Shown here piece by piece: positions 1 through 9,560 of a stretch of 32,000 nt of DNA (the first letter of the stretch is position 1; the number at the start of each line of letters is the position of its first letter). The notes under the pieces were generated by a model. That model did no database searches and was not told the DNA's origin. It saw only the letters and a list, made by a program, of their open reading frames with translations. Source of the stretch: Trichodesmium erythraeum IMS101 (GTDB lineage Bacteria > Cyanobacteriota > Cyanobacteriia > Cyanobacteriales > Microcoleaceae). The translations under genes and the position numbers were made by a program. The stretch covers positions 7,650,001 through 7,682,000 of the forward strand of contig NC_008312.1 in NCBI RefSeq assembly GCF_000014265.1, in the 5' to 3' direction.

Positions 1-1
1 G

Positions 2-172
2 AATGATAATGCTGAAGTAAGAAAGAATGCTATCCGAGATTTAACACGAATTTATGAGTTAATAATTCAAAGCACCAACTTATTACAACAAGCAGAGTAT
101 GACTCAGATCCAGAAGTTGAAGAAACAGCAAAATGGGCTTTAAAAAAGTTAAATAGAACCAATATAAGATGA
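2..172 (+). CDS. 3' end of a HEAT-like repeat protein (PBS-lyase HEAT-like type), 5' part outside the window
   Basis: Frame 2 is open from the window edge to TGA at 170-172. It reads NDNAEVRKNAIRDLTRIYELIIQSTNLLQQAEYDSDPEVEETAKWALKKLNRTNIR. The D-x-x-x-VR-x-x-A and DPEV-x-x-x-A-x-x-AL spacing is typical of HEAT-like repeats. It is absent from the ORF track because it has no start in the window. Confidence 0.5.
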   Translation, partial: NDNAEVRKNAIRDLTRIYELIIQSTNLLQQAEYDSDPEVEETAKWALKKLNRTNIR

Positions 173-254
173 AGGGAATAGAGAATAGGAAGTAGAATAT
201 TGACTTGATCAAATAGTAATGGTTGAGACAAAATTCCAAGTATTTGAGGTACAA

Positions 255-395
255 ATATTAGGTAGTCCTGTATAGTAATGCTAAGAGACTGTTTGTCAAA
301 AAAAAGCTAAAGATGGCCATGAAAAAGGATTGAAGGTAGGAAAATCAAAAAAATAATGATCACTGTCAAATAACTATCGTGAAAATCTTTAGCCA
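255..395 (+). repeat. Dispersed repeat, partial copy of the element seen at 9860-10002
   Basis: The stretch agagactgtttgtcaaaaaaaagctaaagatggccat...gattgaaggtaggaaaatcaaaaaaataatgat...aatctttagcca aligns by eye at roughly 85% with 9889-10002. The preceding 25 nt also resemble 9862-9888. Confidence 0.6.
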
Positions 396-656
396 TAGCT
401 CTAAGCCCTCGTGAGTGGGAACTACTCGAACCTCTGCTACCGAAACCTCTTTCAACGAGGGCTAAAACCAAATGCTAATTTCACAGAAGTAGTAAATAGT
501 ATATTATATCAGGACTTACGTAAAGACAATATATATAGCGTATACTAAAGAGACTGATCGGTCTATAATTTATAGCGATCGCCTGAAAAAAACATGATCA
601 TAACTAATACTAAACATAGGATAGTATAATTACTTTTAGCTCTATGATATATGAAC

Positions 657-1498
657 CTATCCCACTAATAAAATGCGATTAATCCAAATATTTATAGTGG
701 CGATCGCTACAATTGCTTCAATACAAGCAGAAATACGCTCCCTTTGTACAACTAGGCAACGATATTTAGGTTGATACTAGGCAAAACAACCCTCTTATTA
801 AAAATGAGGTACAGAAAATTTGATCGCATTTCCTAGTTTTTTTTGCCTTTCCAAAGTCGTTTTAGCATTTGAAGTCTAATCCCTCTTCCATACCTTGCTT
901 ATCTTTGTCGTTGACAATGATATCCTTTCTCAGTGGCAATGACTTAGAATTCTTTACGTGGACGACCTCCTTTATCAGTTTTCAGATTCGTACTATCAAT
1001 TTACCGGAATTAGCTGTTATTTTTCATTGCCATTAGCAGGGGTAGTACAGTTAGCTACTGGTTATCCATTTCCTAGGATCAAAGTATAAATTCAAATCCC
1101 CTTCCCTTTATGGCAGCAAGCTACATCCTCTCCTTCACCCTGACAAAGGGGAAAAATAGCCCTCCACGGCTGCGGAGCCATAATTGATTAGTCCTTAGTT
1201 TTCTGCAATTCCTAGAATTTGTCCTTGTAGGTTTTTGAGAGTTCCATCTTCTTCCCAACGCTTCAGCCATCTGTGTGCTGAACCCTTGGAAGCCCAAATC
1301 TCTCAAGTTGTTACATAACAACAACGATAACCTGTTATTTAGGCAGTGAGAAGGATATGATTGTAAATATGGAAATGGAGTATGAGGCATATCTTTACCT
1401 CTTTTTTCTGGTGAAATAGGAAAAATATCTTCAAATAATTTCCATTCTATGTCACTTAATCCTTCAAATATAGCTGAGATATTCTTTCAATTTACCAT
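657..1498 (-). pseudogene. IS5-type (DDE_Tnp_1) transposase, decayed by multiple frameshifts and stops
   Basis: Minus-strand translation across three frames gives M..FEGLSDIEWKLFEDIFPISPEKRGKDMPHTP, SAHRWLKRWEEDGTLKNLQGQILGIAEN, GEGEDVACCHKGKGI, LANCTTPANGNE, RERISACIEAIVAIATINIWINRILLVG*. These are the characteristic N-terminal, middle and C-terminal blocks of IS5-group transposases. The track ORF 1121..1390 is an out-of-frame reading of this remnant. Confidence 0.65.
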
Positions 1499-1698
1499 AA
1501 CTGAGTAAGGCTTATCGTGGAATAGGCTTTGGGAGTAATGTAATCAATATTTTACCTCTGGTTGACGAGTTCCATTTTCTCTGTTTTACTTCCCCATTGT
1601 TTTATTTTAATTTTTTTTTACAGATACTCTCTAAAATATCAAGTTTCAAAAACTTTTTATGACTAATTATCAGTAATATAATATAACTACTGACTGCA

Positions 1699-2790
1699 TT
1701 AACTGATTCTCAACAATACTCTCCTCAACACATCTTGACTTACCTTATCTGTCACTGTAACTGATCCTATTCCAGTAGGTAAAACAAATCGTACCTTACC
1801 TGCTTTTACCTTTTTATCTGTCTGTAAAGAAACCAAAATATCATCAATATCCAAGCCATCCGGAAGTTTGGTTGGCAAACTAGCTTTTTCTATCAAGACT
1901 AACTGACGGCGATCGCTCTGCTCATCCCACATTCCTAACTCTAATGCTAACCCACTTGCTGCCACCATCCCAATACTGACCGCCTCACCATGAGTCACCG
2001 CGGTATAACCAGTCAAACTTTCCACTGCATGACCTATGGTATGACCGTAATTCAAAATTGCTCTTAACCCAGATTCTTTCTCATCTTTTGCTACCACATG
2101 TGCTTTACTTTGGCAAGACTTAATCAAGATTTCCTCTAATAACCCTGGTGTTAAATTGTTAATGTCATCAAGACTCTGACTATTTTCCATTTGAAAAAAC
2201 AACTCGGCATCCCATATAACTCCATATTTGATCACTTCTGCCATCCCTCCCCGAAATTCTCGCAAGGGTAAAGTCTTTAGTACCTCTGGATCAATTAAGA
2301 CTAACCGTGGTTGATGGAAAGCACCGATAAGATTTTTGCCTTGAGGATGATTAACTCCTGTTTTTCCACCAATAGCAGCATCGACCATCGCCAAAAGAGA
2401 AGTAGGAACTTGTACTACATTCAAACCGCGTAACCAAGTTGCCGCAGCAAACCCGGTCATATCCCCAACTACTCCACCACCAAGAGCGACTATTGTGGAA
2501 GAGCGTTCGAGACGGTGTGCTAAAGCTGCATCATAAATACAGTTAAGGTTTTGAGGAGTTTTATATTCTTCTCCTGAGGGGAGAATGCAGTCCGAGACAT
2601 CAAAACCGGCTTCTTGGAGTGAGATAATTGCTCTTTCGCCATAATGAGCAAATATTTCTGGGTTGGATACCAGCAAGACCTTTTTTCCCAGGTTGAGGGA
2701 TTCCATTTTTCTGCCAAGTTGGTCGAGGTGGCCTGAAGCGATCGCTATTTCATAGGATTTTTGGGGAAGTTGAACAGTGATGGATGCCAT
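1699..2790 (-). CDS. aroB: 3-dehydroquinate synthase
   Basis: A 363-aa ORF with an ATG start. It has the [14 protein letters not shown] nucleotide-binding loop, the [11 protein letters not shown] motif and the metal-ligand region HTIGHAVE...HGEAVSIGM, all typical of AroB. The length is right for the family. Confidence 0.95.
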   Translation of the reverse strand: MASITVQLPQKSYEIAIASGHLDQLGRKMESLNLGKKVLLVSNPEIFAHYGERAIISLQEAGFDVSDCILPSGEEYKTPQNLNCIYDAALAHRLERSSTIVALGGGVVGDMTGFAAATWLRGLNVVQVPTSLLAMVDAAIGGKTGVNHPQGKNLIGAFHQPRLVLIDPEVLKTLPLREFRGGMAEVIKYGVIWDAELFFQMENSQSLDDINNLTPGLLEEILIKSCQSKAHVVAKDEKESGLRAILNYGHTIGHAVESLTGYTAVTHGEAVSIGMVAASGLALELGMWDEQSDRRQLVLIEKASLPTKLPDGLDIDDILVSLQTDKKVKAGKVRFVLPTGIGSVTVTDKVSQDVLRRVLLRIS

Positions 2791-2873
2791 AAGTGGTTTA
2801 GAACTTTGCTATTTTGAACATTAAGTATTAAACTTAATATTATAATTATATTAGCTATTTTGGAGAAAATTTA

Positions 2874-2975
2874 ATGACTGTTGAAGGAATTATTGCTTTT
2901 TTTGGGATTTTTGTTGCTGCTTTAGGTGTAGCTGCAGTTCTGATGTTTGGCTTACGTATTGTGAAGTTAATTTAG
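2874..2975 (+). CDS. petL: Cytochrome b6-f complex subunit 6 (PetL), 33 aa
   Basis: The ORF runs from ATG at 2874 to TAG at 2973-2975, with a GGAGA Shine-Dalgarno at 2862-2866. The product MTVEGIIAFFGIFVAALGVAAVLMFGLRIVKLI is a single transmembrane helix ending in the FGLR-x-x-KLI tail that I recall for cyanobacterial PetL. It is below the ORF-track length cutoff. Confidence 0.7.
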   Translation: MTVEGIIAFFGIFVAALGVAAVLMFGLRIVKLI

Positions 2976-3646
2976 AATTCTAAAACTTCTCCCGTTAGAC
3001 TTTTTTAGTAGTTTGACGGGGGTTATTAGAATATAGAGGTGAAATATGCCTAGTAAAATTCTAAGTACAGGACAAAAAGCTTGACTTTCTAATGGAGGAA
3101 AAGGCTTCATAGAAATTAAACCATAAGGTCCATGAAACCTGAAGATTTGGGAGATTATTTGACTACAAAAAAACTCTAAATTACCACTTTTGTTGGCATG
3201 GAGCCAGAATCAAATTTCTCCCTTTATTTATCTAGGCTATATTTCAAGTAGAAAGTATTAACCAGGCACAAATAGCAACTGCCTGAAATCAGGTTTGCGA
3301 TCGCCATCACCAACTTCGCTTTTATATAACCAGACTCAGCCGAAACTAATTCGTCCTTTCTTTAAGTTGTCACGACTGTAGACATCAATTAGTCTAGAAT
3401 TTTATCAAAAGGCTAGCAGTAAAAATAGGAAAAACTATTTACATAGTCAAACATCAGTTACTCTCAGACTAGTTGAGCTAATAATTGAAGAAGCCCACAA
3501 TAAAATTTAGGGCTCGCAATGATTTTGTAGTTATTTTTTACTCTAGTTTTAACAATAGTGATTTTGTATCTACTCAATATGATGGGGTAGGCAATGATTT
3601 ATAGTTGTCAAGACCAACCAAAGGAATGAATAAAGGAGCGATACGG

Positions 3647-4005
3647 CTAACACCACCAAATAATAGTTGCGACAGCAGAAACATTCATCGTCTGAGAAAT
3701 GCGATCGCGTAAATATTCAAAAAACCTTAATCTTAGCTGACGAGCAGTAGCAACCAGGGACATAAAAGTATCCCAAGATGCCCTCCCCTCCATCGTCTGA
3801 GTTCCATAATTGATATGGCGTCGAGTTAGCATAGTTCAAGCAGCTAACTGTGCCTGGTTATTATGCAATGGCAATTGGGGATGCTCCAACACCAACAGAA
3901 ACCCTCAGATGCAGGGTAACAGTTAATCGTTTTGGTTCTACCAAGCTGCTGATCACCACTCACAGTTGTGAAGTTAGAACGGAAAGAAGTTGAGAATAAA
4001 GTCAT
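3647..4005 (-). pseudogene. IS66-like transposase C-terminal fragment
   Basis: The minus strand reads ...LEHPQLPLHNNQAQLAA*TMLTRRHINYGTQTMEGRASWDTFMSLVATARQLRLRFFEYLRDRIS. This fits the IS66 TnpC C-terminal pattern (L-x-NN-x-AE...R...G..T..G.....SL..T......F.YL.D.I). It is interrupted by a stop and has no N-terminal part. Confidence 0.4.
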
Positions 4006-4609
4006 GTTCTGGTCTATTTACCTAAACCTTGAAGTTAACTTAATCGCTCTTTGTTGGGAGTAGTAAAGTAGATTGTATAAGGATTACACACTATATTTGT
4101 GGTATAATTGAGAGCACCTACACTGGCTTCTGTTTTGTCAAAGTGCTGCCAGGGACTACTTAATAGTCTCTCTTGATAAATTTCGCTTTTTGAAGTCTTA
4201 AAAAAAGACTGGTTTTTGATGAAAAATATTGACACCCTTCCCCACTGACATGGATATGCCCAAAACCGCCATCTTAAAATTTAATAGTTGATTTATATTT
4301 CCCCCATAGTACAAACCTAAGATTCAGCTTTTTATTCAAGAAGCAAATTCTGATAGCCTACCTGGTGGTAATTTTGCCATTAGGGGTTTTTCCCTTTTGA
4401 GGTGAGTAGTATTTCTGTTTAAGGAATAATACTTTATCTGTTTTGTTGGTAATATCTTGAATATCATACTCAGAAAAGTTTTTGAGCCGATACAATGACT
4501 TGGACTTGGACTTAGATTTACTCTTGCTCAGACCTACTAACTACAGTTTTTTATATTATCTTCACTTCTTAATTTTTGCTATCTAATCATCTTTTGTGCA
4601 ACAAAGTCA

Positions 4610-4850
4610 TAAAAAAGGCTTGATAATTCAACAAAAAAATAATAAAAACGAACATATTGGGTAATTATCAAGACCCTCACGGGATGAAAAGCTAGTTGAA
4701 AAGCATAGATAGAAAGGAATTTGCGTTTAGGAATTTAATAATACTTCAATTAAAAGAAAACCCTTATTGATAGAAATAAGACTTAGTTTGAGTGTAAAGC
4801 TCTCATACTACATCCCCACTTTTATTGAAAAATAGTTCAATTTTAATAGC
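4610..4850 (+). repeat. Dispersed repeat family A: tail-to-head junction copy
   Basis: 4610-4675 (ggcttgataattcaacaaaaaaataataaaaacgaacatattgggtaattatcaagacc) matches the interior of the copies at 6800-6860 (inverted) and 9765-9822. It is directly followed by ctcacgggatgaaaagctagttgaaaagcatagatagaaaggaattt..., which matches the head of those copies (9556 onward, and 7072 downward). Confidence 0.6.
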
Positions 4851-5044
4851 CAGCAAAATCAGAAAAAAGGTAAATTTTATTAATTTTAATTAATCATAAA
4901 AAATTAACTATTTTTTCTCCAATTGAAAAATTTTGGTCAAAAGTGAAAGCTATTTAAATAAAAGTTAAAGCAAGAAATTATAAAGATTGAATTAATACCA
5001 TTACCTCGGCTATATTAAAAGTTAGTCAACAAGATATTCGCAAT

Positions 5045-5520
5045 TGGTTTACCCATTGTTGTTACTGTAGATCATAGCTATGGGAATTGCTATATTTAAT
5101 CTAGTTTCATTTGCTTTTGCTCCTTCAATATTGTAACCTCCACTCTTACAATCTTTGAATATGGCATCAATTTTCATTCTTTGACTATATGCTTTATTAA
5201 TTTTATCTGATGACAATAAATTACTAATAATTTACCAGGTTTATGCTAGATTTTCTGGTTGATTTAGCGCTTTTTGATATATTAACAAATTGCTGAGACA
5301 GACTTGCTTAACTTTAGTAATTTTTTGATTTAATAATAATTTTTTTGAGCCAACTGTTACTTTTAATCGCTCTAGTTTACAATATTTACTACCACCCTTG
5401 ATTTGGGCTGTATTTTTTTGTAAAAATGGAAAGTATAGATGTTTTGAGCATAACTTTTTTCATCAACATGATATAGCAATCCCATATTGGTCGCAACAGA
5501 TGTAATAGTAAGAATAACAT
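5045..5520 (-). pseudogene. IS4-family transposase fragment
   Basis: The minus strand of 5050-5160 reads AIFKDCKSGGYNIEGAKANETRLNIAIPIAMIYSN, a C-terminal block typical of cyanobacterial IS4-family transposases. The upstream part is broken by many stops. Confidence 0.4.
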
Positions 5521-5540
5521 GTCTAAGAAAAAGAAAAAAA

Positions 5541-6640
5541 ATGAATATTATAGATAAACTAGATGATTTTATTAATCAAAAAAAAGAGCTCACAGAAATT
5601 AAAATAGTCTAGGCCGTCAAAATGAGCTTTTCAGGAAAAATACTACCATGAAATCAAAGAATTATTAAATGTAACTCAGCAGTTTAGAAAGCGAATGGAA
5701 AAACCAAGTATGATTTCATGGTTGAGAAAGTTTAAGGCTTCAGCTATCTTGGGAAACAAGGTTACTTAAAGGCAGTCGAAAAAGACAAAATAATTTAGTG
5801 CTTGAGGGTACAAGATTATCTTAGGTTATCAGATTTAAAAAACTATTTATAGAAGCAATATGATGTGGTTTTTTAGTATAATCAAAGTTATTATAAATTG
5901 CTGAAATAAAAGTTTAATGCTTCAGCTATCTTGGGAAACAAGGTTACTTAAAGGCGGTCGAAAAAGACGAAACAATTTAGTGCTTGAGGGTACAAGATTA
6001 TCTTGGGTTATCAGATTTAAAAAACTATTTATAGAAGCAATATGATGTGGTTTTTTAGTATAATCAAAGTTATTATAAATTGCTGAAATAAGCGAGCATA
6101 AGTTGAGAAAAAACTTAAAAAAATAATCTTACTAAAAATGATAAATTAGTAAAAGCTAAAATAAAAAAATATAGAGAAGTTGTTAGCTAAATGGTAACCC
6201 GAAATAGAAGCTGAAAATTTGACAGTTTTTATCATTAATGAATTTTCTCTTCTATGTATAGATATATTAGGTTTTACTTGGGTAAAAACAGATGAAAGAA
6301 TAGAAATTGTAATGAAAAATGAAAAAGAAAAACAGACTTATTATGGCGCTTTAGATTATCAAACTAAAGAATTTATTGTGCAAGAATTAAAAAAGTGGAA
6401 ATACTAAAAGTACTATGGAATTCATTAAATATTTGCAGAAGCAAAGACCGGTAATAAATTGGCAATATTTTGGGATGGAGCAACTTACCATAACTCTCAA
6501 GCATATCGAGAATATTTAATGACAATTAATCAAGACTTATCGGAAAAAGAATGATTGATAAACTGTACGCTTATTTGCTCTAAATTCTTCGGAGCAAAAT
6601 TCAGATCAGAAAAGATATTATTTGTCAATGATTGTTAAGA
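5541..6640 (+). pseudogene. IS630-family transposase, decayed and carrying an internal tandem duplication
   Basis: From ATG 5541 it reads MNIIDKLDDFINQKKELTEIKIV*AVKMS...GYLKAVEKDKII*CLRVQDYLRLSDLKNYL*KQYDVVF*YNQSYYKLLK. Later it reads GALDYQTKEFIVQE, LAIFWDGATYHNSQAYREYLMTINQDLSEKE*LINCTL. These are the IS630 HTH and DDE blocks with several in-frame stops. Track ORF 6219..6407 is one surviving piece. Confidence 0.65.
5728..6091 (+). repeat. Tandem duplication, 2 x 182 bp
   Basis: 5728-5909 and 5910-6091 are near-identical, with a handful of substitutions. For example cagctatcttgggaaacaaggttacttaaagg occurs at 5741 and 5923, and ctgaaataa ends at 5909 and 6091. Confidence 0.9.
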
Positions 6641-6724
6641 TCAGCTAATCCTGTGTATTTTCGGCGACTTTTAGATTGAATTGGTAGGAAAAAAAAGCTG
6701 ATGATTTTGATATTTGTACAGTTT

Positions 6725-7072
6725 TATGCACTGATATCAAATATAGCAATATTTTTAATGTTTAAACTAGATCGCTGGACTCCATTTCTGCTTTATTTAG
6801 TCTGGATAATTACCCAATATATTCATTTTTATTGTTTTTTTGTTTAATTATCAACCCTTTTGAATAATCTTATTTTTAAGAGGATTTAAAATCTTTTTTT
6901 TTGAATAAAAAATAAACCTGAAATATGGGTGGGGAGTTGGTGAACGCGAAGTGTTCACCAACTCCCCCTTATTCCCAATAAGCTTTCCATTGCACTTAAA
7001 TTATTATTCAGCTTAACTTGTAAATTCCTTGATATATCTATTTTCCAGCTAGCTTGTCACCCCGTGAGCTCT
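6725..7072 (-). repeat. Dispersed repeat family A, inverted copy (left arm flanking the ABC-ATPase gene)
   Basis: The reverse complement of 6725-7072 aligns along its whole length (about 85% by eye) with 9556-9890. The shared order is ctcacggggtgacaagctagctggaaaatagatatatcaaggaattt, then the hairpin, then a poly-A block, then gataattaaacaaaaaaacaataaaaatgaatatattgggtaattatccagac, then aaataaagca...ccagcgatctagtt. Confidence 0.8.
6931..6967. other. Perfect 15-bp-stem hairpin inside repeat family A
   Basis: The sequence is ggggagttggtgaac / gcgaagt / gttcaccaactcccc and the arms are exact reverse complements. The homologous site in the other copy (9658-9694) has two arm mismatches. Confidence 0.85.
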
Positions 7073-7347
7073 AATATACGAAGGTTTAACCAGGGTTAAA
7101 CTTTATGTATTTAGCTTGACATAAAATAATTTTTAAGGTATTATAAAATGTTTACATTAAATTACATCATCTTGAAAACAATAGCTATTATTAGAGCATA
7201 ATCATAAATTTTGGTGTAAGCTTTTTGGTTACTAGTGGAAATATATTCTAATCTCTAAAATTAAGATCTATTATTACGGGCACTGACTAAAAAATTAATC
7301 GTTAAATCTCAAATCTATAAAATGACCAAAAAATAAGGTCAATAGTC

Positions 7348-7363
7348 TTCCCTTTAAAGGGAA
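7348..7363. promoter_or_regulatory. 16-bp perfect palindrome about 90 bp upstream of the ABC-ATPase start
   Basis: ttccctttaaagggaa is self-complementary with no spacer. It lies in the 380-bp gap between the repeat arm and ATG 7453. Confidence 0.3.
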
Positions 7364-7452
7364 TAAAAAAGTAAACTTCAGTATTTCAAGCCTCTGGCTT
7401 CAGCCGGAGATAATGATAACTGATAACTAAAACGACATCTTACACCTGAAAA

Positions 7453-9282
7453 ATGACTAATCAACAAACTCTAAGGAAGAAACTCTTAGACTTAGATAAC
7501 GCTAACTACAAAGCCTACAGAGACATTCAAGGTAGTTACCAATTTTCTGACTTTACCCTAATTATTGACTATGTTCAAGGAGACCCCTTTGCAGCCCCTA
7601 GTAAACTTCGGGTACAGTTGCCCTATACTGTTTCTGGCTTTCCTCCAGAACTATATAAAACTCCTATTAGAGAAATGGCCTTACGAGATTTCCTGACTCG
7701 TAAATTTGACAGAATGGCCTACGAAGTCAGTGGAAGGCGTGGGACAGGCAAGAGTGGAATGATAGCAATTACTAAAATGGGACAAGAAGTTCTAGAACGG
7801 ACATCAGTATACCTGATTAAGCTAGCGCCTCCAGTTCCTAAGCCAGCCCCTGGCTCAAACCCAGCTTTAGAAAGGGCAAAACCTATAAAATTAAGCAGTC
7901 AAAAGGGTGTAGAAGTTCGATTAGTAGTAGGATTACCTGCTGGTGGTCGTAGGATTTTAGGTAGGCAAGCAGCAGAAATGCTTTGTGATGATATCCCATA
8001 TATTGTTCACCGGACTCTCAAATATGAACAATTAGATGCTGATGTTTGTCGCCGTCATGTAGAAACAGTAGAAGATACAGATTGGTTACGGAAACAGTTG
8101 CCAGAAAAAAATTTAGTGGCTTTTGTTGCTAATGGGGCAATTTTACCCCGTAGGAGTGGAGTTGATGATCGCCCTTTATCATCCGAGGAAGTAGTGCCAT
8201 TTAAATCTCCCCCTTCTCTGGAAGTAGAGTTTGAATGCCCAAATCAAGGTAAAATTTCTGGTATGGGAATTCCTAAAGGGGTGACATTGATTGTTGGTGG
8301 TGGTTATCATGGTAAATCTACTCTCCTCAAAGCAATTGAAGGAGGGGTTTATAATCATGTTCCTGATGATGGACGTGAATTTGTAGTGACAGATCCCGCA
8401 GCAATTAAAATTAGAGCAGAGGATGGTCGTAGTGTTGCTGGTGTAGATATTTCTCCTTTTATTAATCAGTTGCCTCAAAATCGTTCGACTACTCAGTTTA
8501 CTACTGAAAATGCTAGTGGTAGTACATCTCAAGCTGCAAACATTATGGAAGCTTTGGAGGCCGGTCTGGGAAATAGTAACCTTGAAGAAACTACAACTAC
8601 AGCTACTACGCCTGTGTTTTTAGTAGATGAGGATACAGCAGCTACTAATTTTATGATTCGCGATCGCCGAATGCAAGAACTGATTGCTAAAGAACAAGAA
8701 CCAATTACACCTTTTATTGATAAGGTACGACAGTTATATACGGATTATCAAGTCTCAACTATTTTAGTAATGGGTGGTAGTGGTGACTATTTTGAGATAG
8801 CAGATAAAATCATTGCGATGGAAAACTTCCAAGCCCAAGAAGTTACAGAAAAAGCTAAGGAGATTGCTGAAAAATATGCTACTGGTCGTACAGCTGAAGG
8901 TGGTGAAAAATTTGGTGTAATTCGATCGCGAATACCATTACCAGAAAGTTTAGACCCTAGTCGGGGGCGACGAGATGTGCGTTTAAAAGTACGAGATCTT
9001 GATGAAGTCGTGTTTGGGAGTGAAGATGTTGATCTTTCTGCAGTGGAACAATTGGTTAGTAAAGACCAACTAAGGGCAATTGGTGCCGCTATGGTTTATG
9101 CTAAAAAACAATATATGGATAGTAATCGGACATTATTAGAAATTATTGATGCTGTTATGGCAGATATTGAATCCAAGAGTTTGGATGTTTTAGTTCCTTT
9201 TCCACAAGGAGATTTAGCTCTATTCCGACGTTTTGAGTTAGTGGCAGCAATAAATCGTCTGCGAACTTTGGTAGTTAAATAA
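7453..9282 (+). CDS. ABC-class ATPase (COG3044 / PF09818 ABC_ATPase family), function unknown
   Basis: A 609-aa ORF with an ATG start. The N-terminus L..L....YKAYRDI.G.Y.F..F.L.IDYVQGDPFAAPS..RV is characteristic of this family. Walker A is GGGYHGKSTLLKAIE and Walker B is VFLVDEDTAATNFM. Confidence 0.85.
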   Translation: MTNQQTLRKKLLDLDNANYKAYRDIQGSYQFSDFTLIIDYVQGDPFAAPSKLRVQLPYTVSGFPPELYKTPIREMALRDFLTRKFDRMAYEVSGRRGTGKSGMIAITKMGQEVLERTSVYLIKLAPPVPKPAPGSNPALERAKPIKLSSQKGVEVRLVVGLPAGGRRILGRQAAEMLCDDIPYIVHRTLKYEQLDADVCRRHVETVEDTDWLRKQLPEKNLVAFVANGAILPRRSGVDDRPLSSEEVVPFKSPPSLEVEFECPNQGKISGMGIPKGVTLIVGGGYHGKSTLLKAIEGGVYNHVPDDGREFVVTDPAAIKIRAEDGRSVAGVDISPFINQLPQNRSTTQFTTENASGSTSQAANIMEALEAGLGNSNLEETTTTATTPVFLVDEDTAATNFMIRDRRMQELIAKEQEPITPFIDKVRQLYTDYQVSTILVMGGSGDYFEIADKIIAMENFQAQEVTEKAKEIAEKYATGRTAEGGEKFGVIRSRIPLPESLDPSRGRRDVRLKVRDLDEVVFGSEDVDLSAVEQLVSKDQLRAIGAAMVYAKKQYMDSNRTLLEIIDAVMADIESKSLDVLVPFPQGDLALFRRFELVAAINRLRTLVVK

Positions 9283-9309
9283 TTGGGTATTGCTCAGTGT
9301 ACCCCCAAG

Positions 9310-9560
9310 TCAAAATTGAAAAGTAATCTCTAACTTAGAGGTTGTTTGAAAAGGGATAGGGGTGTAACCAATGGGTGCTAAACGCCGAACCATGAGACGA
9401 ATCATGGCGATGTAAATCATGGTCTGGGAGTTTTGAGGTAAATGCTCGTAGTCTTGAGGACAGCGTCAATACCAATTCCACCCTCCCTAGTTGCGCTAAA
9501 CCACCCAACACTTTTTGAGGAGAATGAAACCCTTGGATTCTTGAGGACGCAGCACCCTGA
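9310..9560 (-). pseudogene. IS4/IS5-superfamily transposase C-terminal fragment
   Basis: The minus strand reads LRPQESKGFILLKK(C)WVV*RN*GGWNWY*R(C)PQDYEHLPQNSQTMIYIAMIRLMVRRLA. This is the classic ...RWVVERT.AWL..YRRLSKDYE......MI..AMI.LM.RRL terminus of DDE_Tnp_1 transposases. It is cut off at 9556 where repeat A begins. Confidence 0.6.

Noticed and set aside
30-254. Track ORF of 74 aa on the minus strand at the window start
   Set aside because: It overlaps, antisense, the better-supported + strand HEAT-repeat reading frame that is open from the window edge. Its product is a low-complexity Leu/Phe/Tyr-rich string typical of antisense AT-rich DNA.
404-463. tRNA-like impression (ggttcgagt on the minus strand, flanked by a 9-bp inverted repeat agccctcgt/acgagggct)
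   Set aside because: No cloverleaf can be drawn. The putative T-arm flanks are not complementary, and there is no acceptor stem or anticodon arm. It is more likely a repeat-associated hairpin.
1121-1390. Track ORF of 89 aa (minus strand)
   Set aside because: It is an out-of-frame read-through of the decayed IS5-type transposase. The recognisable transposase blocks lie in the other two frames, so it is not an independent gene.
2520-2717. Alternative-frame and antisense ORFs inside other confirmed genes. This entry covers 2520..2717 in aroB and also 8179..8532, 14288..14494, 19947..20234, 23929..24150 and 25107..25295.
   Set aside because: Each is nested within a longer ORF that has clear family motifs, and none has independent support.
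2811-2873. Promoter for petL (TTGAAC at 2814-2819, with TAATAT at 2835 or TATAAT at 2841)
   Set aside because: The spacer lengths are 15 or 21 nt, and neither fits the 17 +/- 1 nt expectation. AT-rich DNA yields many -10-like hexamers, so no promoter was called.
4035-4235. Track ORF of 66 aa (minus strand)
   Set aside because: It has no ribosome-binding site and no family resemblance. It is embedded in a region of IS debris where neighbouring frames also show fragmentary reading.
5728-6091. Possible CRISPR or other repeat array
   Set aside because: There are only two units of 182 bp with no unique spacers. The units translate to IS630 transposase N-terminal sequence, so this is a tandem duplication, not a CRISPR array. 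No short repeat-spacer periodicity is seen anywhere in the window.
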